NCBI RefSeq assembly: GCF_009914755.1
Contig: NC_060936.1
Length of the DNA: 64,000 bases
Reading direction: 5' to 3' (one strand)
Origin: the human T2T-CHM13v2.0 reference genome, Homo sapiens
Shown here: piece by piece, positions 1 through 13,200 of the stretch
Layout: every line of letters starts with the position of its first letter
Position numbering within the stretch: position 1 is the stretch's first letter
The notes under the pieces: generated by a model
What the model was told of the DNA's origin: nothing
Seen by the model: only the letters and a program-made list of their open reading frames with translations
Databases searched by the model: none
Made by a program: the position numbers and the translations under genes

Positions 1-224
1 CCCCCTTAGTTTTCAATGCTCCTCATATCATCACCAAACTCTTAAAAAGTAGCTGTAAATGTCCCAATAGATTCAAACTATCAGTTGTAAATTTTTTCTT
101 GGATACCATTCCTGAAGCAATTCACCCTTTGACTTTAATTTAAATCCCCTCCAGTTGCACAGGGGTCATTACGGGACTCTTCACCTTTGCTCTGGGAGAT
201 TCCCTTCTTCCTGGATGATTTGTA

Positions 225-570
225 TATCAGTCACAATAGGCCAAGTTATGCTACAGTAACAAATGACACCAAAATCTCAATGGCTTAGCTTACAATGACA
301 CAGGTTTATTTCTACAAGCTACGTGTCCATCATGGGTCATTGTTACCTCTGTGCCATGTTATCTTCATTTCAGAACCTAGGCTCACAAAGCAGCCTCTGC
401 CTGGAATATTGCTGGTCATCATGGCAGAAGGAAAAAAGGCAGTAAATCTTAAGCTAGTTCTTAAAATATTTGCTCAGAAGTGATACATATCACTTTCAGC
501 CACATTTCACTGGCCAAAGCAATTAGTATAGCCATACTTGAGTACAACAAGGTGAGTACATATTACCATT
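225..570 (-). mobile_element. ERVL-MaLR LTR (MLT1-type)
   Basis: taggccaagttatgctacagtaacaaat...aaaatctcaatggctta and catttcactggccaaagc are typical MLT1 segments; boundaries approximate. Confidence 0.6.
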
Positions 571-1217
571 CTGCAGGGTGGGTCAATGCGTGGTATAGCC
601 AACAGAGCAAAGATAAATAACCCTCTGTGAGGAGGCAACGCTCATGTTTGTGAACAATAAAGCTATTACAGCACGCTTCCTATTTCTTGTTTATTCTATC
701 TCTTTCGTAAAATGGATCCTTCATCCTTTGGGTTTATGTCTTTTTAATTTTTTTACTGTCATTTCAAGAGAATTTCAGGAAAACTAGGAGTGTGCTCACT
801 CTGCCATCGTTTACCCAAAAGTCTACCAACCACTCACTTTAGAAGGCAACTTTTATGAAGATGGCCTATTTAGAAGATGGGGGCTACCTGTAATTTTCCT
901 TTTCATTCAGGGTACTATTTCCGTTATTTATAGCAGTTTTTCCCAGATCCTATGAATGTTAATCAAGGATTTAAACTGTCATTTCTTTTTTCATACAAAA
1001 CTACCCAAAATGGTAAATTCACTTTAAGACTTAGGAGGAGTTTTCTAAAATAGTTTTGGTCCTAAATATCTTAAGTTTTTCTTTTCTGATTTGATCTAAA
1101 CTTCAGGTTTACATCTGCAATAAAATCCAGCATCTAAAAAGAATTTCATTGCAATCCTATAACTGTGGATTATATCCTATATTCAACTTGTTGGCCTAGC
1201 TCTGAAATATCCCTGTC

Positions 1218-1457
1218 AGCTGGGCATGGTGGCTCCCGCCTGTAATGCCAACTACTCAGGAGGCTGAGGTGGGAAGATCACTTGAGGCCAGGAATTTGAA
1301 ACCAGCCTGGGAAACACAGCAAGATCCTGTCTCTAAAAAGGTTGTTTTAAATTATCTGGATATGGCGGTTTAGCCCAGGAGTTCAAGGTTGCAATGAGGC
1401 TATGACCAATGCCATGGCACTCCAGCCTGGGTGACAGAGCAAGAACTTGTCTCTAAA
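1218..1457 (+). mobile_element. AluJ-type SINE with an internal deletion in the right arm
   Basis: Diverged Alu left arm, then a jump from tggcgg to ttagcccaggag. Confidence 0.8.
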
Positions 1458-1548
1458 GAGCAGAGCAGGAGCAGGAGCAGGAGCAGGAGCAGAGCAAAGA
1501 GAAAAAGGAAAGAGGAAAGAAAAGGGAAAGGGAAAGGGAAAGGAAAGG
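1458..1548 (+). repeat. (GCAGGA)n plus GA-rich low-complexity tract between two Alus
   Basis: gcaggagcaggagcaggagcagga followed by (GGGAAA)n. Confidence 0.85.
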
Positions 1549-1852
<304 letters not shown>

Positions 1853-2189
1853 GGAATCCCCATGTCATTGCTGTCTATAACTTAAGTATTATATTTGGGA
1901 AAATATATTTCCATATGCTAATATCTTATTTAGTTGCGAAATGAAAAACACAGTAAGTGATTACTATATGGGAATATTACAAAAGAAGTGGTCTAATTCA
2001 GCTTTTTGTTAAATTAGTTTTTAATCTGGTAAAAACTAATCTCTCTAATAACTGATATATGCTTGAATCTCAAGGCTAAAAAAACTTGCTTTTTAAACCT
2101 TGGAGCGTACTCTAAAATAACTAAGTGTTTGTAAATGATAAACTTGGCTCAAATGCATTATTTACTGCTAGTACTTCACTGCTTGGGCC

Positions 2190-2407
2190 TTGGGTCTCGA
2201 AGTTAAGGTTTCTTGGTTCAAGTGGTGTTTCCATCTCAAAATAGTCATGGACCACAGCGTATCACTTAATCCCTTTAACCTTAGTATTCTCATTTATAAA
2301 ACAGGAATAACAGTATTTTCAAGAAAAAGTTATGGGATAACCCATATAAAACCTGAACATAGTGTTTGGCAGACAGTAAATGTTTGTTGAATAAATGAAT
2401 GAATGAA
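2190..2407. mobile_element. MIR with adjacent L2-type 3' end
   Basis: ttctcatttataaaacaggaataacag (MIR core) and tgtttgttgaataaatgaatgaatgaa; approximate. Confidence 0.5.
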
Positions 2408-3487
2408 ATGTTTGCCCTAACTTTAACAGCTATCTTACTTACTTTTAAAGTTCATACAGGTCAAACCCCATTTTAACAATGTTTAAACCCTTTAAACAAT
2501 GTATAAACCCTTTTCTGTAATAAAGTAATCTATTTTGTGTTTGAATGAAGTTACTCTATTTATCAAGCATCTTTTTTTGGCTGATTAAATGAAGAGAGTT
2601 TGGGATTTTCATTTCTTTATTTTGCTCTTCTACATTCATCCAATTCAAGAAAGGGATTTTTTTTTTCTCTCCTAATGAATCTAAAAAACCTCACCACAAA
2701 CCTCTATCAATTCTACCTTTGTCTATTTGAAATGCCCAAATATGGCCTATGACATACATAAGCCAATGTGAAATGCAAAGACCAGACAGAGAGATTCTTG
2801 ACTATACAGAATATCTTGAGGAAATAGTCTTACAAAAACAATCCTGAGTAAAGCTGAGTTCCTTGCCCAAAGAAAGGCCAACCAATCTATATGCCACCAA
2901 AGAACATGTAAACCATACATAATTATTATATAACATATTTGAATTCTATTAAAACGTTTAAGAGGTATCTGACACTCTGACAGCACCTGTGGTAAACCCT
3001 TCTGTGTACCTTTGATGCCCGGGATTGAAAAGGCTTTTGCAAACAACATAAAACCAAATGACTCTGGGTGCAAAGGCAATCAGTATCAGATAGAAAGGAC
3101 AAAAAAAAAAAAAAGGCAAAATGAATCCAGAAAAGTAAATAGATCCATTCCCTTTCACTCTTTGTTGTTCAACTGATTCTATTTCTTTTGTATGGAAATT
3201 CATTAGAAACATTTTAATATGCATCCCAAAGGCTACCTTTAATTTGCATCCATGTTTAATAGTAGAGCAGTACAGGTGGTGTGGAAAAAGCAACGGAAGT
3301 GAAATCAGAATCTGTGGGTTTTTACACAGTCTGCCTCCTCACTGGAGTCTCAGTTTCCTCATCTGCAAAATGGCAATGAAAATGTCTACTCCACAAAATT
3401 GTGATTATTAAACATGGTAAAATAAATGAAAATCATTATAAAATACGGAAACATAAAATAAAATATGAAAAACAAATTAAAATAGAA

Positions 3488-3793
3488 CAGTGCCATTCAA
3501 TAGAAATATGAGGGGAACCACGAACGTGAGCCACATCTGTTATTTTAAATTAAAAAATACAAAGAAGCAAGTGAAATTAATAATATATTTTATTTTGCCC
3601 AATTTATCCAAAATATTGTCATTTCAACATGTTAATATAAAATAATTAATAATTGAGGTTTTTTCCTTTTTTTTTTGCACTGTCTGACAGTTGGTGCCTG
3701 TTGGACACTCACAGTGCAGCTCCGTTTAGACTAGCCACACTTCAGGTACTAAACGGCCACAGTAGTTAGTGACTATCATAGTGGACAGCACAC
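3488..3793 (+). mobile_element. MER33-like hAT-Charlie DNA transposon
   Basis: Starts cagtgccattcaatagaaatat, internal tatccaaaatattgtcatttcaacatgt, ends gactagccacacttc...tggacagcac. Confidence 0.75.
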
Positions 3794-4158
3794 GCTTAGA
3801 ACCAAGGTGTATGTTTATTAGATCTAAATAGTATTTTCTATCAGATAAACCCTGTGGGACTTAAGAAGGTTATTTTTTAAATTGATGCATTAAAGAGAGT
3901 TTGTGTTTTTATATTTTTGGTATAGTAGTTAATATGTGATCTATAATAAGAATTTAAAATAAAATATTACCTATAACTGATCAGACCATGTATTTATCCA
4001 AAATAAAAGCAACCAAAAGTGATGATTACAGGTAACTTTGTAGTTATTTTATTAGGACTTAAATTATATATTAATTTGACATAAAATCTAATAATCTCAA
4101 AAAAAACCCTGACATAACTATAAGCACACAAAACAATTCAAACTATAAACAATTCAAA

Positions 4159-4218
4159 CTGGCATTTCTGTAGAGAAGGAAAGGGTCCTGGAGTTGGAAT
4201 TCCAAGTCTTTAGTAATA
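4159..4218 (-). other. 60-bp intronic duplicate of part of DCP1B exon 3
   Basis: 4159-4218 equals 5382-5441 at 59/60 positions (4200 T versus 5423 A), same orientation, offset 1223 bp. Confidence 0.95.
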
Positions 4219-5379
4219 AACTACAATTGATAAAGTGTACCTTTCGGCAAAGAAACATGAGGAGAAAACACAATATTTTTCTATATTGCAAAACTTTTCA
4301 TTTCACAGGACCTGCCATTAGTAAGTCATATTATAGTTTCAATAGCTTTATTTTTTTCTCTCATAAAAATTTATTCTCTAAATAATAGGATAACCACCTA
4401 TTATGACAATTATATACAGCATCATTTTAATGCATCTTAATGATGCATTGGGGTTAAAATGTCAAATATTATTTACATTATACTCATTAAAATTACACTG
4501 AATAGTATATGGTAGGCAAATTCATGTATCTTGAGTTCAAAGAGTAGGATGAAAAATATACAGAAAACATTTCTTCACTGCAAGGTCTTTATGAAAGCTG
4601 TCCACAAAGCATAAGGTGCATGTGTGTGCACACATATGTATTTATATATTGAGTATTATGTTCTTGTTTTCTGTGTGTAGAGATGTCCCTGCAACTGGCA
4701 TATTTTCAGCAATCTTCCTCTGGGCTGACCAGCAGTGCAACACAAGTGGTCAGAAACGATACGAGAGTAAAATGTAGTATGAGAAAGGCGATGGCTACTT
4801 CATTTCAAATCTGACAAGGACTATTTAGTTACCTACTACGACTTCCACATTACAAAGGGTTATTAAATTCTTAATGACTGAAAGAAACTTTTTGGACTTT
4901 GATTTTTTATTTACTTGTATTCAGAAGATGGCACTCCTACAATACAGGCCCTCAAACACTTTGTCAGCTCACTCGGCCAAAAGTGATACATAAAGAAAAA
5001 GTGCCATAGCAGACTCGTTAATTCTTCGTTCAGGGAGCCACCTATGTGTGTGTCTCTGCAGTCTCCTCACTAAGAACTTGCCTCACCCAGCCCTGCTCAG
5101 GCTTAAGATCAGCAATGGGTTCACACTACAAATCCATAAAGCTTCAAAAGACAGGGTTTAGGTTTATATCATCATATTTATATTCACTTAAACTCTTCCA
5201 AGGAAGAATCTATTCCATCATTAGGGCATGCATTTCCTAAACATTAACATTTGTTAAAATGCTGACACCCCCCATAGCCACTGATACCAAATGCAAACAC
5301 AATGGCAAACACTGTACAATTTTAAACACTTGGCCAAACTTCAGAAGTAAAACAACCCACTGTAGTAAGAAAGACTCAC

Positions 5380-5507
5380 ATCTGGCATTTCTGTAGAGAA
5401 GGAAAGGGTCCTGGAGTTGGAAATCCAAGTCTTTAGTAATAGGTTCTGTCCTATTTTCCATGCTCAGCCTATTCATAATGGTGAATCCATGCTTTGGAGA
5501 AGCAGAC
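5380..5507 (-). CDS. DCP1B: DCP1B coding exon 3 (128 nt, SASPKHGFTIMNRL...DPFLLYRNAR); gene continues beyond the left edge
   Basis: gatttttag|G TCT GCT ... GCC AGA T|gtgagt. The phase-2 entry completes the Arg codon from exon 2. Contains Dcp1 EVH1 motifs GFTIMNRL and FQLQDPFLLYRN; lies within ORF 5237..5518. Confidence 0.96.
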
Positions 5508-5742
5508 CTAAAAATCACAAGGAGTCAGGGGGAAATCAATAGACAAATTGCTTAGTATGCTATATTTTCAGTATAAGTACATTCTGATGTGTCTCTCAAC
5601 CTTTGTTTGTATATGCAGCTTTATATAAGCAGCCTGTACACGTACTTCTTCACCACTGGCATCATTATGGACTAATTCCCATGTAATGCAGCAGCACTGG
5701 CATGATGATTCATTTGGTAAAATTGAGTCATACTTCATTTGT

Positions 5743-5743
<1 letters not shown>

Positions 5744-5775
<32 letters not shown>
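5744..5775 (+). repeat. (GT)16 microsatellite in DCP1B intron 2
   Basis: Perfect GT run. Confidence 0.95.
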
Positions 5776-5778
<3 letters not shown>

Positions 5779-8637
5779 CAGATGTTGTTTATTTCTTAAC
5801 CTAACGTTGTAAATTCCTTTAAGGCAGAGTAACTACTTTTTAAAACATTACTGACTTTTAAAGAATACTTTTTAAAAGTTAAATTAATTAAAGATATTTT
5901 AAACAATCTTGGTAGTTAATATTAGAGTGTACATCACAATTATATGAAGAAAATTTTCATAGAAAATTTTAAGTGTTAGTCTGAAATTGAAGCCTGCAAA
6001 ATCTCTTAGTGATATGAAGCAACTCTGAACAATGAACTTGTGAGGACACAGCCTGAACTAGAAGTTTACATAACAGTGCAAAGGGCAGATACTTTGTTTT
6101 CTTCAATGCAAAGCAAACAGCTTCACAGATAAACCACTATAAGTTTTTCTCTATAAAAATGTGACATTTAGTGATGTTTTATTTTCATTTCACTCAATAA
6201 ACCTTGAATGCCTGCTCTGCCAGGCAGAAAGAATCCAAATTATACTGAGTATAAACTCTAACAACTACATGTGCATTCATCTACCCTTGGGTGACAGCCA
6301 TATAGTAATTCAACTGCGCAACTTCCGGTGACAAATGAAACACCACATACTTACACACTGAAGCTGAAGCAAGCAGAATTCATTTATTTACTTTAAATGA
6401 GGGTGCTAGGGCTGTTATTAACAAACCCACAGAAATGTTATGAGCAACAGGAAGACAAGTTGTTTATGTCTTAGTTTTATTTTACCTCTATTTGATACTG
6501 ATCAAGGAACACAGCTACATAACCACTACCAGGATTTTCTTCTGAAACCTCCAATTTTAAAATTGATGGGAGGCAATCCTTGCCTAGCTTATTTTACAAA
6601 GGGGTAAAGTGGTGGTAAGCATACAATCAATACCAGAAATAATCATGATCATCACTTCAACTTAAATTCAGAGGAAGAATGAAAATGTACTCCCAAAGAG
6701 CTCTGTTAGGGGTCTTCTGGAACTGTCAAGTTCAGAAATCACCAGTGGGTGTCTCTATGAACTCTCTATTACAGAAAGGAAGGCATGGGAGGAAATAAAT
6801 GATTTTTTAAATGGGATTAAGTGTTTTCATACAAGAATGAGAATTTGATTCTGCATGTATTTCATTATCACAACAGGATCTCACCTCTTTAATAGTACAG
6901 CTACTATAGCATCTCATAATTTAGAAAATAGGCCCAGGGGATAAATGTGCCAACTGCTCTAAAGCAACTTCTGTAAGAGAAGTCAAAATAAATCACTGCC
7001 AGCTCCATTCCCTGTAACAAGCCTCCCACCCCCCACCCACCATGAGTTTTACATGCTTTTTGTAATTCGCTACTGAAGAAAGCCTTCAACATTCTAGGAT
7101 CTGGGAGGTTTTTGTTTTGCAGGGGATAAGGGAGGCATCCCATTCTTGAGGAGTTAGATTTGGAGAAAAGACTAAAAAACAGCAAAGGATTTTTTTCTCA
7201 ATTTAATGTTTTGTTTAATTGAGAGTTCCATTAGAGACTTAGAGTATAGTAAGAAATCCTTGAAAATACAAACTTATATTTGGTCTGGATGTACAAAAGA
7301 AAATATTTGTATGATTTGTTCCTCTTCCATAGTTAAAAAAAAACCCTACTAAAAATTCCCCAAATCAATCATTAATACTTACTAATACATCTTTTCTGTC
7401 ACTTCTCCAAAGAATCATAATGCGTGTTGTGAGAGATGAGTGAGAACGCACCCTGTGTGCATGGCACATAGTACAGTGCAACCCTATGGCTTTTGTTGTA
7501 AACTTCAGAATCCTCAAGAGTGCTCATACTCTACCCAATAAACTTGCCTGGGGGCATGCTCTGGTGCTCTGGATGTTTGGGAGCATAATGTAGACTCATA
7601 TACCAACGGTTCTTGGGTACTCCACTGCTCTTCTGAGACTGTGAAGAACCTGACCTCCTTGTCACCAAGTGTGCTGGCCTTGCCTCCCATTCCTTCCTTC
7701 CACCTCCCATTGTTGCCTCCACTGGAACAGACCTTCCTCCCCTGCAGCTGAGCTCCCTCCTGCCCAGCATACACAGACCTCCATCATGCCCACACTTTGC
7801 CCCAAATGGGCCTCTCTGTGCTGTTCTAGTCCTGCTTTTATCTTTCCAGCTGACTCATCTGTATCCTTGCTGGCCCTCAAACCTAACCATAAACCCTCAT
7901 CGGTTCCTCTTTATACTCACTCCTTCAGGGAACAGCTTTTATTTCATGGTTTCAACTACCAAATTACTTCAGACAACTCTAAACCATCTCCAGCCCTGCC
8001 CTTACTCTGAGGGGCTGGCCACCTCCACCCAAGTGTCCTGCTACCAGTTCCAAATCATTACTTCAAAGTAAAATGAGGGCTGATCCTCAAGCCACATTCT
8101 TGACCTCCTGTCTTTCTTTTCCACCAATGCTTCTGTCATTCTCAATCTTCCATGTTCAAAATATTGTCATTTTTAAAATTTCACCATTGCAATACCCTTT
8201 CCATTTCAATTTCTATTATTCTAATCCCAACTCTCATCATTTCATATCTACCCCACTGCAATAATCTTCTCACTGTCCTGACTCCAATTTCTTCCAGAAC
8301 TAGTGCGTCCCCATGAAGTGAATACACTGACTTTCCCCATACATTTTCTCTATTACTCTCCTGTTCATAAGCCTTCAATAACTTCCTACTGCTAAGAAAA
8401 TAATCTCAAAATCCAGAGTCTGCCATTCCAAGCTAGCAAATCTCTTTACACTTGCTAACTACTATAAACCAGTATAAGCCCTCTGCACCACATCTCCCTC
8501 ACTGTCCCTTTAACACACCAGGTTCTCCGCCCCTGCTTTTGCCATTCTTCCTGTTGAGACTGCCTTCCCTCTCCTCTATGCAAGCTAAGTTCCACCATAT
8601 TCCTGAGGCCCAATTCAAGACACATCACTCTATAAAG

Positions 8638-8732
8638 CAGGGGTGTCCAATCTTTTGGCCTTCCTGGGACACCTTGGAAAGGGAAGAATTGTCTTGGGCC
8701 ACACATAAAATACACTAATAATAGCTGATGAG

Positions 8733-8781
<49 letters not shown>

Positions 8782-8889
8782 AACAACAAACTCTTCTAAT
8801 GTTTTAAAGAAGTTTACGAATTTCTGTCAGGCTACATTCAAAGCCATCTTGGGCCACGTGTCCTATGGGCCGTGGGTTGGACAAGCTTG
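8638..8889 (+). mobile_element. MER30 (hAT-Charlie) with expanded internal A46
   Basis: Ends CAGGGGTGTCCAA and TTGGACAAGCTTG; 8-bp TSD ctataaag (8630-8637) / cgataaag (8890-8897); A run 8735-8780. Confidence 0.88.
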
Positions 8890-9374
8890 CGATAAAGCCT
8901 TCCATGATCACAGCAGCCCATTCATTGCTCAGAATCTATCCACTGGCACTTAGGATACTCTATCCTGTATTGTGGCTTACCATAAACATGAATATATGTG
9001 GAAAGAAAATACACTTGTGTGTGTGTATTTCCTGTCTCCCCAGTGAAACAGATACCCCTAGAAAGGTTTATATTAGGTCTTTTAATTTCATCTTTGTACC
9101 CTCATTGAAGGTGATGACCTTTGGCTATGACATTTTATGTGAATGTTTATGTGAATGAAAAGTTTATTTATTGAGCCAATATACATAATGTATGTCTCTA
9201 TATGCACTCGTAATTTGATATTAATATCTGATAACAAGAAATGACTAAAAACATGAGTTTATTAAATCTATCCTGAAACATATTCTATTGACTAGACAAT
9301 GGAGGACTGAAAGACATCTTCAATTTTGGATCATGCTTTTTTAAAGAGTCAGGGGTGGGAGAAAAGTGATCAAC

Positions 9375-9662
9375 AGCCAGGTGCGGTGGCTCACGCCTGT
9401 AATCCCAGCACTTTAGGAGGCCAAGGCGGGTGGATCACGAGGTCAGGAGTTTGAGACCAGCCTGACCAACATGGTGAAACCTCCGTTGCTACTAAAAATT
9501 AGCTGGGCGTGGTGGCGCATGCCTGTAATCCCAGCTACTCAGAAGGCTGAGGCAGGAGAATCACTTGAACTCAGGAGGCAGAGGTTGCAGCAAGCCAAGA
9601 GCTGTGATCGTGCCACTGCACTCCAGCCTTGGTGACAGAGCGAGACTCCATCTCAAAAAAAA
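9375..9662 (+). mobile_element. AluS
   Basis: Dimeric Alu with a shortened linker; flanked by gaaaagtgatcaa / gaaaaatgatcaa. Confidence 0.9.
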
Positions 9663-10062
9663 GAAAAATGATCAATGAAACCCTTTTCCAAATATTAACT
9701 GAACAATCTAGTATTTCTGATAGTGTTCTTCTAGCTCCTTGCCAATGCATTATATTCAAGAACTTTGTGCCATTCACTTGAATCAAAGAATATTTAATCT
9801 ATTTTAAACAGTGCCCAGTCAATGATTTAAGTTCATCTACATTGAAGTTTAAATTATATTCTGAAATTAGTATTCATCACGATATACCAGGTGACATTAT
9901 TTGGTATTCCCTTCTTCGTGTCAACTAATAATTTCAAAACTGAGATTTAATTCTTTTACTTCTTTTTGAAATAAAACTGCATGCACTTGAAGAAGAGTGA
10001 CACAACGGAGCTAAAATATTATTTTGAAGATTAGTTTCTTTATAAAAGTGAAACACTCTTAC

Positions 10063-10103
10063 CTTGTATAAACAAATAAGGTTCCTTCCACATCAGTTTT
10101 CTC
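10063..10103 (-). CDS. DCP1B: DCP1B coding exon 2 (41 nt, EKTDVEGTLFVYT-R)
   Basis: Not in the ORF track; read by hand as tttattgtttag|GAG AAA ACT GAT GTG GAA GGA ACC TTA TTT GTT TAT ACA AG|gtaaga. Contains the Dcp1-family motif WEKTDVEGTLFVY; phase 0 in, phase 2 out. Confidence 0.96.
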
Positions 10104-11174
10104 CTAAACAATAAAAACAAAACACACAAGACATGTATGTTCTCTTCAATTCACAAAGGTATAAAACAAATTCTCATAGAATAGGAATTATATATAACTT
10201 CAATGGGCCAAATATACCCAACATGAGGAGTTATTCTCAGGAAAAGGAGAAAGCAAGTTCTATGTCATCATTGTGCCTCTGCAGATTAGGCAGCAGGAAG
10301 CAGTCTTTCTTTTGTCATTTATAAAACAAATCATCATTATCTCTCTTTACCAAATACAGGGATAGCAGCATACCCTTAGCTGAAACAATGAGAAAATAAG
10401 TGTGCTATGCGGATTTAATTAGAAAGAAGAGTGCTGCCTTTTTCTCCTTCCACCACACTGGGTATAGAGAAAGCTGCAGACATCACTGGTGTCTGCATTT
10501 CACTATCCTTCATTTTGTTTTCTGGGTTCATTTTCTCCTGCCATATCCAGTGACTTAGGAGAGCAGATGATCTGTCAATAACTTTACTTTGACTGCTAGA
10601 CAGAGAGGGCAATGATGCCACAGAGTTCTCAGATGAATCAATCACCTACTTAGTGTAGTATATTTACAGTCAAGGTCTGACCCGAGATCACTGAAGTAAA
10701 GTTACACAAGTATTACCAAGTTAGGACTCAAGAAATCTGCCTGAGAAAATCTGGGAGAGGTGGTAAAGTTAAAATGATGGTTTAACTAGGTCACTTCACA
10801 TTTCTTTTCCATTTCTCCAAAGGCAGGAAGCTAGGCCATTATAATATTCATCCATATAATGCATACTAAAAAACACACATGTAAGTATCCAGGTGTTTGA
10901 CTAACCACGAACCAGACCTACTGTAATTCAGAATTTAAAATGTACTTTTGCAATTTACATGGTTTAATTTCAGCATTCTATTTAAACCCCTGATATTTTA
11001 TTATTAATATTCATCACCATAATCATTCAAAATTTAAGTACTCTGTAATTCTGGTGAAAAATACGCCCTTTTAAAAAAAGCGTAATGTCAAAACAGCAGT
11101 TTTTAAAAGGCACACAAGGCATGATCCTTTCACATGCTCAGGCAATTTCAGCAAATTTCTCATTCACTTTAGTT

Positions 11175-11360
11175 CAGTGGGTCTCAAAGTGTTATCCCCA
11201 GATCAGCGGCATCAGCGTCACCTGGGAACTTATTAGAAATGCAAGCTCTTGGGCTCCTGCCCAAACCTACTGAATCAGAAACTCTGGGGATGGTGCTCAG
11301 CAATCTGGGTTTTATTAAACTGTCCAGGTGATTCTGATGTATGCTAGTTTGAGAGCCACT
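11175..11360 (+). mobile_element. MER5A (hAT-Charlie MITE)
   Basis: cagtgggtctcaaagt...atcagcgtcacctgggaacttattagaaatgca...tgaatcagaaactctgggg...tttgagagccact. Confidence 0.85.
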
Positions 11361-11557
11361 CACTGCCTTAGTTCAACAACATACTCTCTGCCCATGAAAT
11401 TATATTACAAGTCCTGAAAACAAAATCCATTATGGCACAAATCATATCAAGCTATTATCAAGAGTAAATGGCTATAAAAAATCATTACCTAGTAACAAAA
11501 TATTTAATCTCAAGATGTTTATTATTATGGAATATGAAATTATAAATAAAGAATTTA

Positions 11558-11875
11558 GACCAGGCACAGTGGCTCATGTCTGTAATCCCAGCACTCTGGG
11601 AGGCTGAGGCAGGCAGGAGGATCGCTTGTGGCCAGGAGTTCAGTTTGAGACCAGCCTGGGCAACATAGTGAGACCTTGCCTCTACAAAACAAAAATTTTT
11701 TTAATTAGCCAGGTGTGGTGGCACATGCCGGTAGTCTCAGCTACTCAGGAGGCTGAGGAGGGAGGATTGCTTCAGCCCAGGAGTTTGAGGCTACAGTGAG
11801 CTATGATTGTACCTCTGCATTCCAGCCTGGGCAACAGAGGGAGACCCTGTTTCTTATAAATAAATAAATAAATAA
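11558..11875 (+). mobile_element. AluJ with (TAAA)n tail
   Basis: J-type ggaggatcgcttg...ccaggagtt and gggcaacatagtgagacc. Confidence 0.88.
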
Positions 11876-12836
11876 CAATTAAAACAACTTTAGCCAGTTT
11901 TTTCCCTAACATAAAAGCATAGGTAAGTCAGGGAGTTCATCCTTAAACTAGATTCACTATGAAGTTTGTATAAATCACCACAACATACTGTGAAACATAT
12001 CCTTATTTCTGAAATGTGGCTCGTTTGCCCCTGTACTTTGAAAAATATCCAAGTCAAAATGAAAAAATATATATACAGAAACATTACTTATCTTTCTTTG
12101 AAAACAAACATGGTTAATTCCTATCTGCTGACAAATGTATATCCTGAGTGTACCTGAAGCACTAAGAATTACTTACACCCAAACCACCAAAGTATTAATC
12201 AGGAAAATGGCCCCTACAGTACAGTAAATGCTACCTGAACAGTATACAAATTTTTGGCTGTCCCTAAAGTTTAACTGATTCAGTCAGCAAGTATTCACAA
12301 GTCCACAAAGCATTTAAAAATAAATTTGTAGAAAGTATTTGGTATTATCCATTACATTGTTAGGAAACTGAGCCAAGATACAGGTGATAGAACTAGGACT
12401 TTGCAGAACCTCTATGTAGTCAGGATCACTCCCCACAAGATCAAAACACTCTCCTGGTCTTCCAGTATCTGACCTTGGACTGTTTCATCTTAGAGATCTG
12501 AATAAGGATATCTATATATATCAGCACACATAAAACTAAATAGCTTCTGACTTGTTTCCTTTCTTCCTTGATGTAACAGAAATTCTCTTTTCTTAATTAA
12601 AAAAAAAAAACCTTTAATGCCACATTTTAGTTTTTAAATTCCAAGGTCAAAAATGTAAAAGGCATGCTTCTCCTAAAATTAATCTCTAACTTATAACAAG
12701 TAATTCTTAAAACTAAGATTTTTATTTAGCATTACACACAAAGAATATGAGTTTGTTCATAGGAAGGAGTTGTGTTTCAGTAATCACAACCTGGGACCTG
12801 TAGTGGGGTTCTTGCCAGATCATGCTGGGCTAATTA

Positions 12837-13200
<364 letters not shown>

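Noticed and set aside
2736-2745. Perfect CArG box CCAAATATGG
   Set aside because: Several CC(A/T)6GG sites are expected by chance in 64 kb; no supporting motif cluster seen.
2747-3293. Two roughly 110-aa minus ORFs
   Set aside because: No domain or splice support; consistent with chance.
4150-4218. The exon copy reads KDLEFQLQDPFLLYRNASL, resembling DCP1A or a spliced mRNA copy
   Set aside because: Nucleotides are 59/60 identical to DCP1B, and the extra matching bases belong to the flanking caattcaaa duplication; treated as coincidence.
5237-5379. ORF 5237..5518 continuing past exon 3 with a hydrophobic tail
   Set aside because: Read-through past a strong gtgagt donor; no similarity to Dcp1 after RNAR and no evidence of use.
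10415-10645. 76-aa minus ORF in intron 1 with an upstream AG
   Set aside because: Poor pyrimidine tract and no recognisable protein similarity.
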